Assembly: GCF_000181795.1 (NCBI RefSeq)
Contig: NW_003526945.1
Location: 3,336,305-3,400,304 of the forward strand
DNA length: 64,000 nucleotides
Reading direction: 5' to 3'
Source: Trichinella spiralis
Lineage: Eukaryota
Part shown: piece after piece, positions 1 through 11,587 of the stretch
How the letters are laid out: each line of letters begins with the position of its first letter
How positions within the stretch are numbered: position 1 is the stretch's first letter
Notes under the pieces: generated by a model
Seen by the model: the letters and a program-made list of their open reading frames with translations, nothing else
Told to the model about the DNA's origin: nothing
Database searches by the model: none
Made by a program: the position numbers and the translations under genes

Positions 1-981
1 CACCCTCGACGGACCAGATGGCCATACTGATCCGCCGAAGACGTAGCTTCCGCACTAGATGGCGTGCGTTGCCAGGCAGATGTGAATCGTTACGCCTACT
101 AAGCCTTGCCGCCTCATGCACATCAAATTGCCGTCACACCTGATACTCAATATTAATGTACTGTCCTGCAGAACCAACTCATGTTTGCATACTTACCGTA
201 TGATTTACAACTCATCATTATTGATTTAATGTATTATGCCTACTTATCTTTTCAAATAAAACTGACTACTGTAAGTTGCTGTTTTTTGCATTGCAATTAA
301 AACATTCTAGTTAATTATTAAAAAACCCTGTTGAAATATGTAGTTACGAGTGACGTTATTATACCTAATTAGAAAATATTATGACCCACTTTTGTGTTTA
401 CATTGTATGTTAATCATTTATTAAAAAACTCTCACTGCTAAAATATATTGTTACGAGTGACGTTATTTAACCTAATTGAAAATTAAAATACTCAGTGCAG
501 CATTTACGTTGCATTTTAAACTTTCTAATTAGCATATTAAAATTAATCTCACATTTAATACATTGTTTTCCTACATGTTACGGATTAATAACATTCTATT
601 TATAGAAGATTACTTCCTATTTATGAAAAGATTAAACTCGTTGCACCTTGTCTAAGCTAATTGTTTATTTCATTTATACGAAGTTTACTTTTGCCATTAC
701 CTAATTAAAAGAGACCCCGATTAACATTTTTATAAGTAAAAAACTTATATTGAAACAATAACTAATTATGCAAAAATTAATAAATAAAATTATGCTAATT
801 GCATGTTTACTATATTACATCCCTTTAACTTATTACTTTAGACTGTTTTAAAGTACAAATCTACTTTGACATTGCATTCTTTAAAGTAAAAAAACTGCTT
901 TACACTAAAAAAGTATTATTATCAGTATACAATTAATGAATAATTTAAATCTTTTATAAGATGAAAAGCAANNNNNNNNNN

Positions 982-2725
982 TTCCACTTCGTCAACTGGA
1001 TTGGACGGAATGATATCATCGCAAATCCTTGGAAGTGTCAATGCCTCAATGGTCTTATCGCCCACACCGGATTGGTTTGTATCCACGGGGCTTAAGCGGA
1101 ACCCGGACTCTTCTGGCCACCGTTGGGGCGCATTGGATTCCACCGATTCCTTTCACCGTGACGGTCTCTGATGTTCCCACCAGATTCAAGGCTCTTGCTA
1201 CTTCTTCTGTTACTAGGGTTGTTTCAGCACCGCTGTCGAACAAACAATTGACCGTTAGCCGTTGTCCGTTTACCCCGGTGGCAATGGCTTTCACTGTTTG
1301 AAACCGGATTTTTGTTGAGCCACGTGTATTGGCGAGCAATACACGGGTGGTTGTTTCCTCATTGGACTCAGCTCGCGCCTTCTTTCCAGGCGGAGTGTTT
1401 GTATCGTCGAGTCCTTCTGGCCGTGGTGTTTGTTTCTTTGGAGCAGATGGAGTGAGCAGGTGGTGGGTTCTCCAGCCACGATGCCTGAATTTGCATCGAT
1501 CTGCTCTGTGTCCCTTTGTTAGGCAGATGAAACACATGTTGAGTTGTGCTGCCGTTGCTCTCCGTTGTGACCACTGTTGATTCAGGAATTGTGGACATGT
1601 CGTAGCTCGGTGTTCACCCTGGCATACTGGACAGGTTGGATGGAGAGATGTATGAAAGGCCCCAATCGTCTGATGAGGGGGGCGGGATCGCTTCCGCTGA
1701 TTCTCCTTCACCTTATGTTTGTGCGTGGAGGAGGATGTCCTCTCTCCCTGTGTGGACTGTGCGAGGTCCACAGCGCACCGAGCTTGTTCTGCCAGGAAGT
1801 CTAGGAAGGTCTGAGAAGTTGGTTCTTCCACCAATTTGCCACACTGATCCTTCCACCGGGATTGGATGTTCTTTGGCAATTGGGCCACCAGTTGCGGTAG
1901 TGCGGTCCGGAAACCGGATACCGCGGTGTCGAGATCTCTTCCGATCGCTCTGAGTTCCAATAGGTGGCCGTTTAGCTTGTCATGCAGAGCTAGCAGACCT
2001 TCCCTACCTTTTGCGACCTCCTCTGGGACGCTAAAGATCTTGAGGATGTGCGCGTCCAACACGTCCGATACCCGATAGAATCGGTCGTGTAGTAGTTGCA
2101 CCACAGCCGGGTAGTTTTCGGCTGCTGTTGTCACGCCACTGATCGCGTGTAATGCTGCACCAGTCAAGCAGGATCGAAGATGCACGAATTTAGTGACGTC
2201 TTCGAGATCTTCTCTTCGATGCACTGCTGCGTTGAACTGATCCCAAAAGGCCTTGAATTGGAGGATATCTCCGTCGAATGTTGGTAATTTTGGGATTGGC
2301 CTGGTCGAGTTAGTCTTGGGATCGTTGTTTTTGGTGGCTGGTGGTTGGGTAATTTCGGTCGACGATGGTGTTTCAGCGGTCGCCAGCAGTTCGTCGGCTT
2401 GACGTTGGGTGGTTCTGAGCTTGTCGATCAGTTCGTCGAATTCTATTATTGCTGGATTTCTTTCTTCCTCCGGCAAGCTATCTATGTAGCGTTGCCGTGA
2501 TTCAAAAAATAGTTGTGTTGCACGTCCCAACGTTTTGGTTGCTTCGCGCATGGCTTCTACATCCGTGCGTCCAGCGCAAAGTCTTTGCAGTCGATCTATC
2601 CAGTACTGCAGTGCCGATCCTTCGGCATCATATGCTCTGGTTCGGCTCCTTGGGCTGGCCATGTTTCCTGTCCGGTTATTCGTGGGAGATGTTCGATTGT
2701 TGATGGTATCACGAGTTGGATCCAT
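982..2725 (-). mobile_element. BEL/Pao LTR retrotransposon copy 1: gag (DUF1759-like, Cys/His knuckles) plus aspartic protease, truncated at the N-gap
   Basis: ORF 1055-2725 has IPKLPTFDGDILQFKAFWDQF, CPVCQGEHRATTC, CFICLTKGHRADRC and protease LFDSGAETT. It carries a 1-nt insertion near 1103 relative to copy 2. Confidence 0.92.
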
Positions 2726-2758
2726 AGGTCGCTGGTTCGAATCCGGCTCGGAGGACCA
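2720..2758 (-). promoter_or_regulatory. Extended primer-binding site complementary to the 3' half of tRNA-Tyr (copy 1)
   Basis: The + strand reads ATCCATAGGTCGCTGGTTCGAATCCGGCTCGGAGGACCA, i.e. tRNA-Tyr 3' half with T-loop GTTCGAATC and CCA. It lies 5 nt from the LTR end. Confidence 0.88.
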
Positions 2759-2763
2759 GAAAA

Positions 2764-3112
2764 TGTTGGAAAATCTTTAGTTCGAACTTGAGGACCTTTT
2801 TGGTAGTGGACTGTATGTATTAATTATAGAATATCAATGACAACGGGTTTGACTAAGAATCGGTTTATTCAGAATAAAAACAGTGAGTAATACAATGTGA
2901 TAGCAAGAGAAACGGTTCAGGCGGTGTTCGAGACGGTGTGTACCGTGTGATTTTGTTAATGTTGGTGTTAATGTTCCCTCCTCCCTCCGCACTTGTATTT
3001 ATATCTTTTTCTTGACCTCACTCCGCGTCTGGTGACCTAGATTGTCGAAAAGTAATTAGAAGATCGGCTTGGTTGCGCAATCCCTTAGACTGTGCAGCTT
3101 AGCCGGGGTCTG
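2764..3112 (-). repeat. LTR (copy 1), outer end cut by the N-gap
   Basis: Direct repeat of 5203-5533, starting TGTT on +. Minus-strand AATAAA at 2864-2869 and TATAAATA near 2996-3003. Confidence 0.9.
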
Positions 3113-3123
3113 ANNNNNNNNNN

Positions 3124-5164
3124 TCGTTTTGTCTTCCTGTTGCTGGATGCCGATGGATTCGAGTTCCCAGAACTTCTTCAGCGTGCATTCCATGTTGTCT
3201 TCCTTTTGAGCACAGTGGAACCGGTATTGATGAGCTGACGGTGGATTCACCGGACCAAAGACAACCCATCCCAGGGTTGTTTCAATAGCGACCGGGTCTG
3301 TTGGATTTCCTCGTAGGATTTTCTCACCGAGAAATTGTCCATACGAATCGACACCGATTAGCACGTGGATAGGCAGTTTCTCATCTTCCTCCTCTGGGAG
3401 CTGCAGGTGTTGTAGATGCTTCCACTCGTCACACTGGATTGGGACGGAATGGATATCATCGCAAATCCTTGGAAGTGTCAATGCCTCAATGGTCTTATCG
3501 CCCACCCCGGATTGGTTTGTATCCACGGGGCTTAAGCGGAACCGGACTCTTCTGGCCACCGTTGGGGCACATTGGATTCCACCGATTCCTTTCACCGTGA
3601 CGGTCTCTGATGTTCCCACCAGATTCAAGGCTCTTGCTACTTCTTCTGTCACTAGGGTTGTTTCAGCACCGCTGTCGAACAAGCAGTTGACCGTTAGCCG
3701 TTGTCCGTTTACCCCGGTGGCAATGGCTTTCACTGTTTGAAACCGGATTTTTGTTGAGCCGCGTGTATTGGCGAGCAATACACGGGTGGTTGTTTCCTCA
3801 TTGGACTCAGCTCGCGCCTTCTTTCCAGGCGGAGTGTTTGTATCGTCGAGTCCTTCTGGCCGTGGCGTTTGTTTCTTTGGAGCAGATGGAGTGAGCAGGT
3901 GGTGGGTTCTCCAGCCACGATGCCTGAATTTGCATCGATCTGCTCTGTGTCCCTTTGTTAGGCAGATGAAACACATGTTGAGTTGTGCTGCCGTTGCTCT
4001 CCGTTGTGACCACTGTTGATTCAGGAATTGTGGACATGTCGTAGCTCGGTGTTCACCCTGGCATACTGGACAGGTTGGATGGAGAGATGTATGAAAGGCC
4101 CCAATCGTCTGATGAGGGGGGCGGGATCGCTTCCGCTGATTCTCCTTCACCTTATGTTTGTGCGTGGAGGAGGATGTCCTCTCTCCCTGTGTGGACTGTG
4201 CGAGGTCCACAGCGCACCGAGCTTGTTCTGCCAGGAAGTCTAGGAAGGTCTGAGAAGTTGGTTCTTCCACCACTTTGCCACACTGATCCTTCCACCGGGA
4301 TTGGATGTTCTTTGGCAATTGGGCCACCAGTTGCGGTAGTGCGGTCCGGAAACCGGATACCGCGGTGTCGAGATCTCTTCCGATCGCTCTGAGTTCCAAT
4401 AGGTGGCCGTTTAGCTTGTCATGCAGAGCTAGCAGACCTTCCCTACCTTTTGCGACCTCCTCTGGGACGCTAAAGATCTTGAGGATGTGCGCGTCCAACA
4501 CGTCCGATACCCGATAGAATCGGTCGTGTAGTAGTTGCACCACAGCCGGGTAGTTTTCGGCTGCTGTTGTCACGCCACTGATCGCGTGTAATGCTGCACC
4601 AGTCAAGCAGGATCGAAGATGCACGAATTTGGTGACATCTTCGAGATCTTCTCTTCGATGCACTGCTGCGTTGAACTGATCCCAAAAGGCCTTGAATTGG
4701 AGGATATCTCCGTCGAATGTTGGTAATTTTGGGATTGGCCTGGTCGAGTTAGTCTTGGGATCGTTGTTTTTGGTGGCTGGTGGTTGGGTAATTTCGGTCG
4801 ACGAAGGTGTTTCAGCGGTCGCCAGCAGTTCGTCGGCTTGACGTTGGGTGGTTCTGAGCTTGTCGATCAGTTCGTCGAATTCTATTATTGCTGGATTTCT
4901 TTCTTCCTCCGGCAAGCTATCTAAGTAACGTTGCCGTGATTCAAAAAATAGTTGTGTTGCACGTCCCAACGTTTTGGTTGCTTCGCGCATGGCTTCTACA
5001 TCCGTGCGTCCAGCGCAAAGTCTTTGCAGTCGATCTATCCAGTACTGCAGTGCCGATCCTTCGGCATCATATGCTCTGGTTCGGCTCCTTGGGCTGGCCA
5101 TGTTTCCTGTCGGGTTATTCGTGGGAGATGTTCGATTGTTGATGGTATCACGAGTTGGATCCAT
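3124..5164 (-). mobile_element. BEL/Pao LTR retrotransposon copy 2: open gag-protease ORF running into the N-gap; RT, RNase H and integrase not visible
   Basis: Near-identical to copy 1. It continues through DSGAETT, IHVLIGVD, AIETTLGWVVFGP and LKKFWELESIGI, all typical of BEL/Pao polyproteins. Confidence 0.93.
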
Positions 5165-5197
5165 AGGTCGCTGGTTCGACTCCGGCTCGGAGGACCA
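5159..5197 (-). promoter_or_regulatory. Extended tRNA-Tyr primer-binding site (copy 2)
   Basis: ATCCATAGGTCGCTGGTTCGACTCCGGCTCGGAGGACCA on +, one base different from copy 1. Confidence 0.88.
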
Positions 5198-5202
5198 GAA
5201 AA

Positions 5203-5533
5203 TGTTGGAAAATCTTTAGTTTGAACTTGAGGATCCTTTTTGTAGTGGACTGTATGTATTAATTATAGAATATCAGTGACAACGGGTTTGACTAAGAATC
5301 GGTTTATTCAGAACAAAACAGTGAGTAATACAATGAGATAGCAAGAGAAACGGTTCAGGCGGTGTTCGAGACGGTGTGTACCGTGTGATTTTCCCTCCTC
5401 CCTCCGCACTTGTATTTATATCTTTTTCTTGACCTCACTCCGCGTCTGGCGACCTAAATCATCGGAAGGTAATTAGAAAATCGGCGTGGTTGCGCAATCT
5501 CTTAGACTGTGCAGCTTAGCCGGGGTCTGAACA
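5203..5533 (-). repeat. Complete 5' LTR (about 331 bp)
   Basis: TGTT...AACA termini, adjacent PBS, internal TATA-like and AATAAA signals on the minus strand; repeat of 2764-3112. Confidence 0.9.
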
Positions 5534-7649
5534 GGCGTGCTGTCAGCCGCATTTCACTTTGATGCTTTTTCAGCAACTGGCCACCGGAGTTGTGGCAGAT
5601 ATATAACAGGACGCTGACCTTTTCACCTCTTAATTGCTATTCCATTGTTTTCCATTGAGAAAAACAAGGGGTGCAACTGGCGTTGCGCAACTGTTGTTTT
5701 CGTACCAGGATCAATGTTTTGTTGCCACGGGTATTTTTAGATAGTGATGGGCAAGTATTGAGAAAAGATTTCTCAACAACTGTATTCAATTTTTATTTTA
5801 AACAATTCCAGTTAAAATAAATTATCGCATAATTATTTTATTAAATTTTGACCATAAAAATTTACTTTTTGATTCAACAAAAATGAAAATAAAACTCATT
5901 CGTATAGTGTAAAGTATTGTACTGAAGTGAAATCTTTTAATAATGTGCTTTACGCGCTTTTCTTCCAGTCTCTTTTAGTCTGGAAAGCTGATAAAATTCC
6001 ACGCATAACGAATAAATTTCATTATTCATTATTAGTGCGAATACAATAAACTGTTAAACTGTTATCAACGATAGGACAGTTGTTGGTTTGATGGATATAT
6101 TTGTTAAAATTTACATTTTTATTACTTTTTTAAAATTAAATTAATTTATGAATTTACCACTTGTCCAAGGTGAATAATTTCATTTTCGTAAAAACAAGTT
6201 TCCCGTAAGTTGCAAATGAATAATNNNNNNNNNNTTGGAATATAATAGAGACATTTAACGATTCAGTCGCCTACGCGCATCTTCAGTAGGAGCGGATTGG
6301 GGGTATACACATTCAAAATATGAACATGCTTGGTATCAATGACATGACCTATGAATATTTAAGATCAGCAACAGCACAGAATTCATATGATATGATTTTT
6401 TTCGAGGATATCAAATGTACAGTCGACATGCAATAGACACTCACGTATTAATGTGCATTGACAGCTACATCTTGAAAAATTTTCTACTGGTCGATTAAAT
6501 GAGACAAGTCAGTGGAAAACTTATACAATAATTAGCGCATAGTGACTGCGAAAAAAAATTATCTGAAGCATGAAAGGTTGCATGTACATTTCAAGAATAT
6601 AGAAAATCATATAATAATGAACATCAATGTCAAGTGTGTTGTGAATTTGTTGAAACTGCAAATGGACAGCGCGTGGTAGGTAGCGGTTGTAGTTTCCCTT
6701 AGGATGAGTAAATACCTTCTACCATTCCGAATCCTAAAATAGAAATGCCATTGATTTCATACCATTCTATTTTAAATTGTGTGTGGAAGTTCATTTTGAA
6801 TGCGTTTCATATTCTTTCCATTTGACATCCATACGGTTACTTAACTATAAATAGAGAATATGTATGCACTGTCATGGAAGTCACAAAATTGTCTTCCAAT
6901 ATTAAATTTAATTCTTTTTCTTATTTACAAATATGAATGAAAATTTCAATGAATAGATTAATTAAAAGTAAACCAGCTTTCCGAATCATTATTTCAAAAT
7001 ACTTTAAATTCGTCGCTTTTTAAATCACTGATGAATGCTACAAACAGCTGTATTTAAAGGACATGAATAAAGCATGCTTAAAGAAGGAAATCCTTAAGCA
7101 AACGTTCAGTGGTTGGAATCAGTGGTCTGATTTCACATATTATAAAATATGCAAATAATATGGAAATCAATATGTTGTAACAATTAGAAATGAAATTTGC
7201 AATAATAATATTCAAAAATTGAAAAACTCTTTCAAAATAAATGATAAATATTAAGAAAATGAGCATTGTAAACGGATTTGTCAAAAACCTTTAAAGAGAA
7301 CGTGTTTTAGTTTAAATTTAAACGTGAAATGAACACTTTAAAATATTAACTTTAAAATAAAGCAAAGACATGAAGAGAAAAAATATTCAAGTTTATTGTG
7401 AGACCCTTTTAGCGACAAGGACGTTGCAAGGTAGAAGAAGGTAAGGAGAATAATTTTCCATTTTTTTCATTTTTCAACTCATCCTTTCACTGCTAATGAT
7501 CACTTTCAAATTTCTACTTTATTCATTTACAAATACCGATCACTAAATCTAAAGCCTAATTAATATTAATAATCTAATTTCCGCGTTAACATTATTTCAT
7601 CAAAGTTGTATTCTGCTTCTCTTCAATAATCAACTGGTGCTTTTAGAAA

Positions 7650-8660
7650 ATGAAGAGCATAATGGGAATGTGCAATTATTCTAAGCTTATTTTGGCGCTA
7701 CACGTTTTGTGCTATGTAACCAAAACCATTGCACAGATGTATGATGATCAGGCCATCAAAGAAATGCAGAATCTAATTAGAATAAGTATAAACGCATTTT
7801 TATTTATCATTTGTCACCATTCAGAATTATATAAAATCATAAAAATCTAATTTATTTATTTCATTTATTTATTTACTTTAAAGTCATTTATTTACTGTTC
7901 TCCCAGTTTTGTTTTAATGTTTGCAAACTGTATGATGTAAATTCGAACTTTCTATATACAAAATTCCATTTCACTAATTAATACATAAATTTGAATGCCT
8001 TCAAACTTTCAATTTCATTTCTCACTACATTTCATAATTTATTGTTATAATAGGTAATGGCAGATATAGGGGGGAATTTCGTGAAAAACCGAATGAGTAT
8101 GATGAACTGTTCAAAGAAAACTGGAGCGACAAAATAGGTAAGCATTTAGTCTCTTTTTTTATAAACTTCTTTTCAGTATTAATTCCAAAATGCTAAACTC
8201 CTATATTACAATTTTCTGCATTCAAATAAATTTTGATAGCTTTTCCATAATTTCCGTGAAAAATTAACACTTTTCTATAAATGACTATTGTCTGATTATT
8301 AGTGCAGTATTTTCGTAAAATAATGTTCAACCCAAAAGTGCACATTTTTGAAATTATTATCACTCATGTACAATAATTAACATTTTAGCAAGAGCAAGTA
8401 CTATTATGGTCCTATTGGGATGTGTGCTTTACAGCGCATTAATTCTTATTTTCCGTTTCAATATTCCGAAGAAGTACAGAAAATACGTAAGAAAACAAAT
8501 TTAAATAAAGAAAAAGTATAATAATATAAACATTTAGGTGAAAAAATTGAAGAACATAAATCGTTATTTCCATTCACTTCATGATGGAAGAAGAATTAAA
8601 CGAATTCCTTGCAAAATGCGACCCAGGATGAAACGGAGGCGAAAGCTGCAGTTGGCATAA
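7650..8660 (+). CDS. Uncharacterised ~146-aa single-pass membrane protein (exons 7650-7785, 8054-8137, 8389-8486, 8538-8660)
   Basis: GT-AG splicing gives one open frame: hydrophobic N-terminus, charged ectodomain, TM segment IMVLLGCVLYSALILIF and a basic tail. TTTTAG precedes the ATG. Confidence 0.65.
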
Positions 8661-10099
8661 CGCCGTGATTTCACCCTTATTATCAACTTATCGTCTATCG
8701 TTCATCATCACTTATTATCCAATGATTTCTGATTTACTTTTATTATCACTAATGTTCCAGTAACAAAATATTGAAATTTCAAAAACTGAAAAATATTTCC
8801 CGCTAATATATTTAATGTTTTCTGTTTTGAGGTGCATTTGCAATGCGCTTTTACTTTATAATTTATTTTACTCTTGTAAATAACTATTTTTGAAAATGTT
8901 CCATTAAATAATCTATAATTGATAAAGTAAAAATATTATTCAAATTGCGACAATTTTATAAAACATAGATTAACGGATAAAAATATGAATCTCAATATTA
9001 TAAAACAGCGATCGTTCTATAGAAAGAGGTATAAGTTGTACCGATGGAAAAAACTTTAACAATAATTCGTAAAATTTATAAATAATAAAGAATTTTAAAA
9101 AAGAGGACAAAACAGAATTTACTTCACGAGCAACAGGCAATGAGCTAGTAGTATTGCACTGGATTCATTTTTGATGATCTTTTTTAGGACTGCTGCTTCT
9201 CGATCTGTCGATGTGCTCTGAGATTGCAGAGTAGCTTGTCGTCAACGCTAGTGTCCCATTTCAAGCATTGCAATATTCAGCGCTATCATGACTGCGAAAT
9301 TATTTTTTATTTGTTTCAAATACTGTTCATTTTTTACTTTGTTGCTGATTTCATCTGAAGCACATGCATCTTGTTGTGTGCTGCGTGTAGCGTTGGTAGA
9401 GAAAGTGATTGAAATTGGAGCTGAGTCGCAAATCTTTCTATGCTTCATTATTAAAAGCGGTCGAAAGACACAAGCTCTGCTTTGTTTGGAAGTTGAGTAG
9501 CTAACGTGCGCATGGAGAGAAATGATCTACCGCCCACAGAACCACTCATCAATGTGATACAGTGCCTGTCTGTTATCAACTTTTTATTTATCGTTTAACA
9601 TTTGAACTTCTCGGAAACTATGCCCACAATGCCATTTGCTGTCATTTGGAAACTGATCAAACAACACCCGACAGACAGACAGTGGTTGAAATTGTTCGTA
9701 CCGAAATGTTGTACAAGTGTTACAGTATGCTTTAAAAACAATCAAGTATTAATTTTACTAGCAACATGTACTGCTATTGAATAAGTGAAGCAAAAGTGTA
9801 ATAATTTTTTTAATTGTAAATCTCTTTCATCATAATTTATTGTTGCTTGACTTTATTAAATTGAAAAGCCAAAAAGGACAGATTTCTGAACACAGACGTT
9901 TGATGCTGTTTCAGGTAAATGAATGTAAGCGACAGAAGGTGAAAAAGCACTGCTAACCTTTCTTTGGATTGAATTGTTTATTATTCTGTTTGTTTCATAG
10001 CGCATTACACTGTTGAAGCGATTTAATTTTTTCAGCTTATTTATAATTTGCCCGTAAAGCGTTTGAGTTTAAATTTCGTTGAAATTGCTGATATTGATC

Positions 10100-10153
10100 T
10101 CTTCTTCTTCTTCTTCTTCTTCTTCTTTTTCTTCTTCTTCTTCTTCTTCTTCT
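10100..10153. repeat. (CTT)n microsatellite
   Basis: Tandem TCT/CTT units with one interruption. Confidence 0.95.
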
Positions 10154-10477
10154 TTCTCATTTGAGTTGAAAATCGCTCGCAGGTTGTAATAAGTAGTAAG
10201 TTTATTTTTTTTACCCTCCCCCTCTCTATTCCATTAAAACGTTGCTAGTGCTTGTCATGTTTCAAACAGCAGATTCTCTATTTTTCTATACTATTTTTTT
10301 GCGTGTTGTTTTTTTGTTGAAGAAGTTTTAAAACTTTTGAAGTAATTTTTGAATTTATGTTGTTTGAAATTGTTAGTTTTTTTCTTTGGAGAATTTAATG
10401 GTTAAGTTGGTCGTAATGCAGGCGTTTGGTTTCTGCCAACCGGTACGGGAAATAAAGTTGCCATGTCGTCATGATCG

Positions 10478-10702
10478 TCATCCATCCATCCATCCATCTA
10501 TCCATCCATCCATTTGTCCATCTGTCCAAAGTCATGTTGCGCGCATTTCAATTGAACGGCAAAGAAAGCTTGTCTGGAAACAATTAATCACAACCGTTGT
10601 GATATTATAAATAATGCCTGCTGTGTGTTGTTTCGTGCAGTTTTGTTTCGTTCGTTCGTTCGTTCGTTCAGTTCAGTTCAGCTCAGTTCAGTTCAGTTCA
10701 GT
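10478..10702. repeat. Cluster of simple repeats: (CATC)n, (GTTC)n, (GTTCA)n
   Basis: Directly visible at ~10478-10512 and ~10645-10702. Confidence 0.85.
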
Positions 10703-11142
10703 GTTGTTGCACCGCTTCTCCAGAGCAGTATAATTCATTGTTTGCTTGTTTTGTTGTTGTTGTTGTTGTTTTGCTTCATCGTAGACGCTTCAGTTGTTTC
10801 GTCTGTTGCTTGAAGAAGGTGATGTTATTGTGGGCGTGTGCAGTTTGGTTGGGAAAAATTATTTTTTTTTCTCTACACTATTCTTCTCGTCGTGAATTCA
10901 ACCAACTGCCTGCTACCCCCTACCCCTTCTCTCTCCCCACCCTCCCCCTCTTCCCCCAATCTCTCTCTCTCTCTGTCTGTTTCTCTTTTTCTCCCCTAAA
11001 CCAACCAAACGACCTATTCCGCCTTTGCGCGTAGTTTGTGGGACTATTTTTAACATTTTGTAAAACTTGTTTGTATAATCTGTTTTTCAGGCGCGGCCTT
11101 GCTTCGCAGCCGCCGTCGTTTTGCTTAACCGTGTTTTGTCAA

Positions 11143-11158
11143 GCAATAGCAGCAGCAG

Positions 11159-11191
<33 letters not shown>

Positions 11192-11192
11192 T

Positions 11193-11223
<31 letters not shown>

Positions 11224-11240
11224 GCAGCGAAGCAGCAGCA
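11143..11240. repeat. Imperfect (GCA/ACA)n triplet repeat upstream of melted
   Basis: About 30 GCA-type triplets; this explains the poly-Ala and poly-Leu ORFs. Confidence 0.95.
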
Positions 11241-11587
11241 TCGGTTTGTGCTGTTGATAAGAACGGCCGGCGGTGAATAATTATTAGCAAGTTGCTCGTG
11301 TCAAACGGCAGTAAAGTGAAAACGACAACAGCGTTGCCTGACGTGCCGAATAAGATGCAAGCATATTAATGAAAAGCGACAGTGCGAAGAAGAGCGACGA
11401 CGTCGACGTTTGCAAAGCTGTTCACTTGACGCCGCTCTTCTGTCCAACCATCAGCCAGACCACGTCTGCCCACTAGGCCAGGCGACCGTCGGTCGGATTG
11501 GCCAGTCGAGTGGAACCTTTTCAACTTTTACTGGAGTCAGTCTGAGCTGCAGAGTCAGAGACTTGGCCACCGCCCGGGTCGGCGGCC

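Noticed and set aside
982..1110. Frameshift and indels in retrotransposon copy 1 as a programmed frameshift or decay
   Set aside because: They are mostly single-base homopolymer indels crowded at a contig end, with no slippery site, and copy 2 is open. Low-quality sequence is the likelier cause.
2719..2758. tRNA-Tyr gene
   Set aside because: Only the 3' half is present, with encoded CCA, abutting an LTR. It is a PBS rather than a gene.
3056..3123. C-terminus of the 702-aa ORF
   Set aside because: It reads through the N-gap into the LTR, so it is an artefact.
5742..5780. TAGTGATGGGCAA as a hAT-like terminal inverted repeat, with a small hairpin
   Set aside because: No partner terminus or transposase found, and a gap lies nearby.
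9123..9520. GC-richer stretch with short ORFs on both strands
   Set aside because: I could not build a phase-consistent spliced model or recognise a domain.
11038..11290. Poly-Ala and poly-Leu ORFs
   Set aside because: They are products of the GCA microsatellite.
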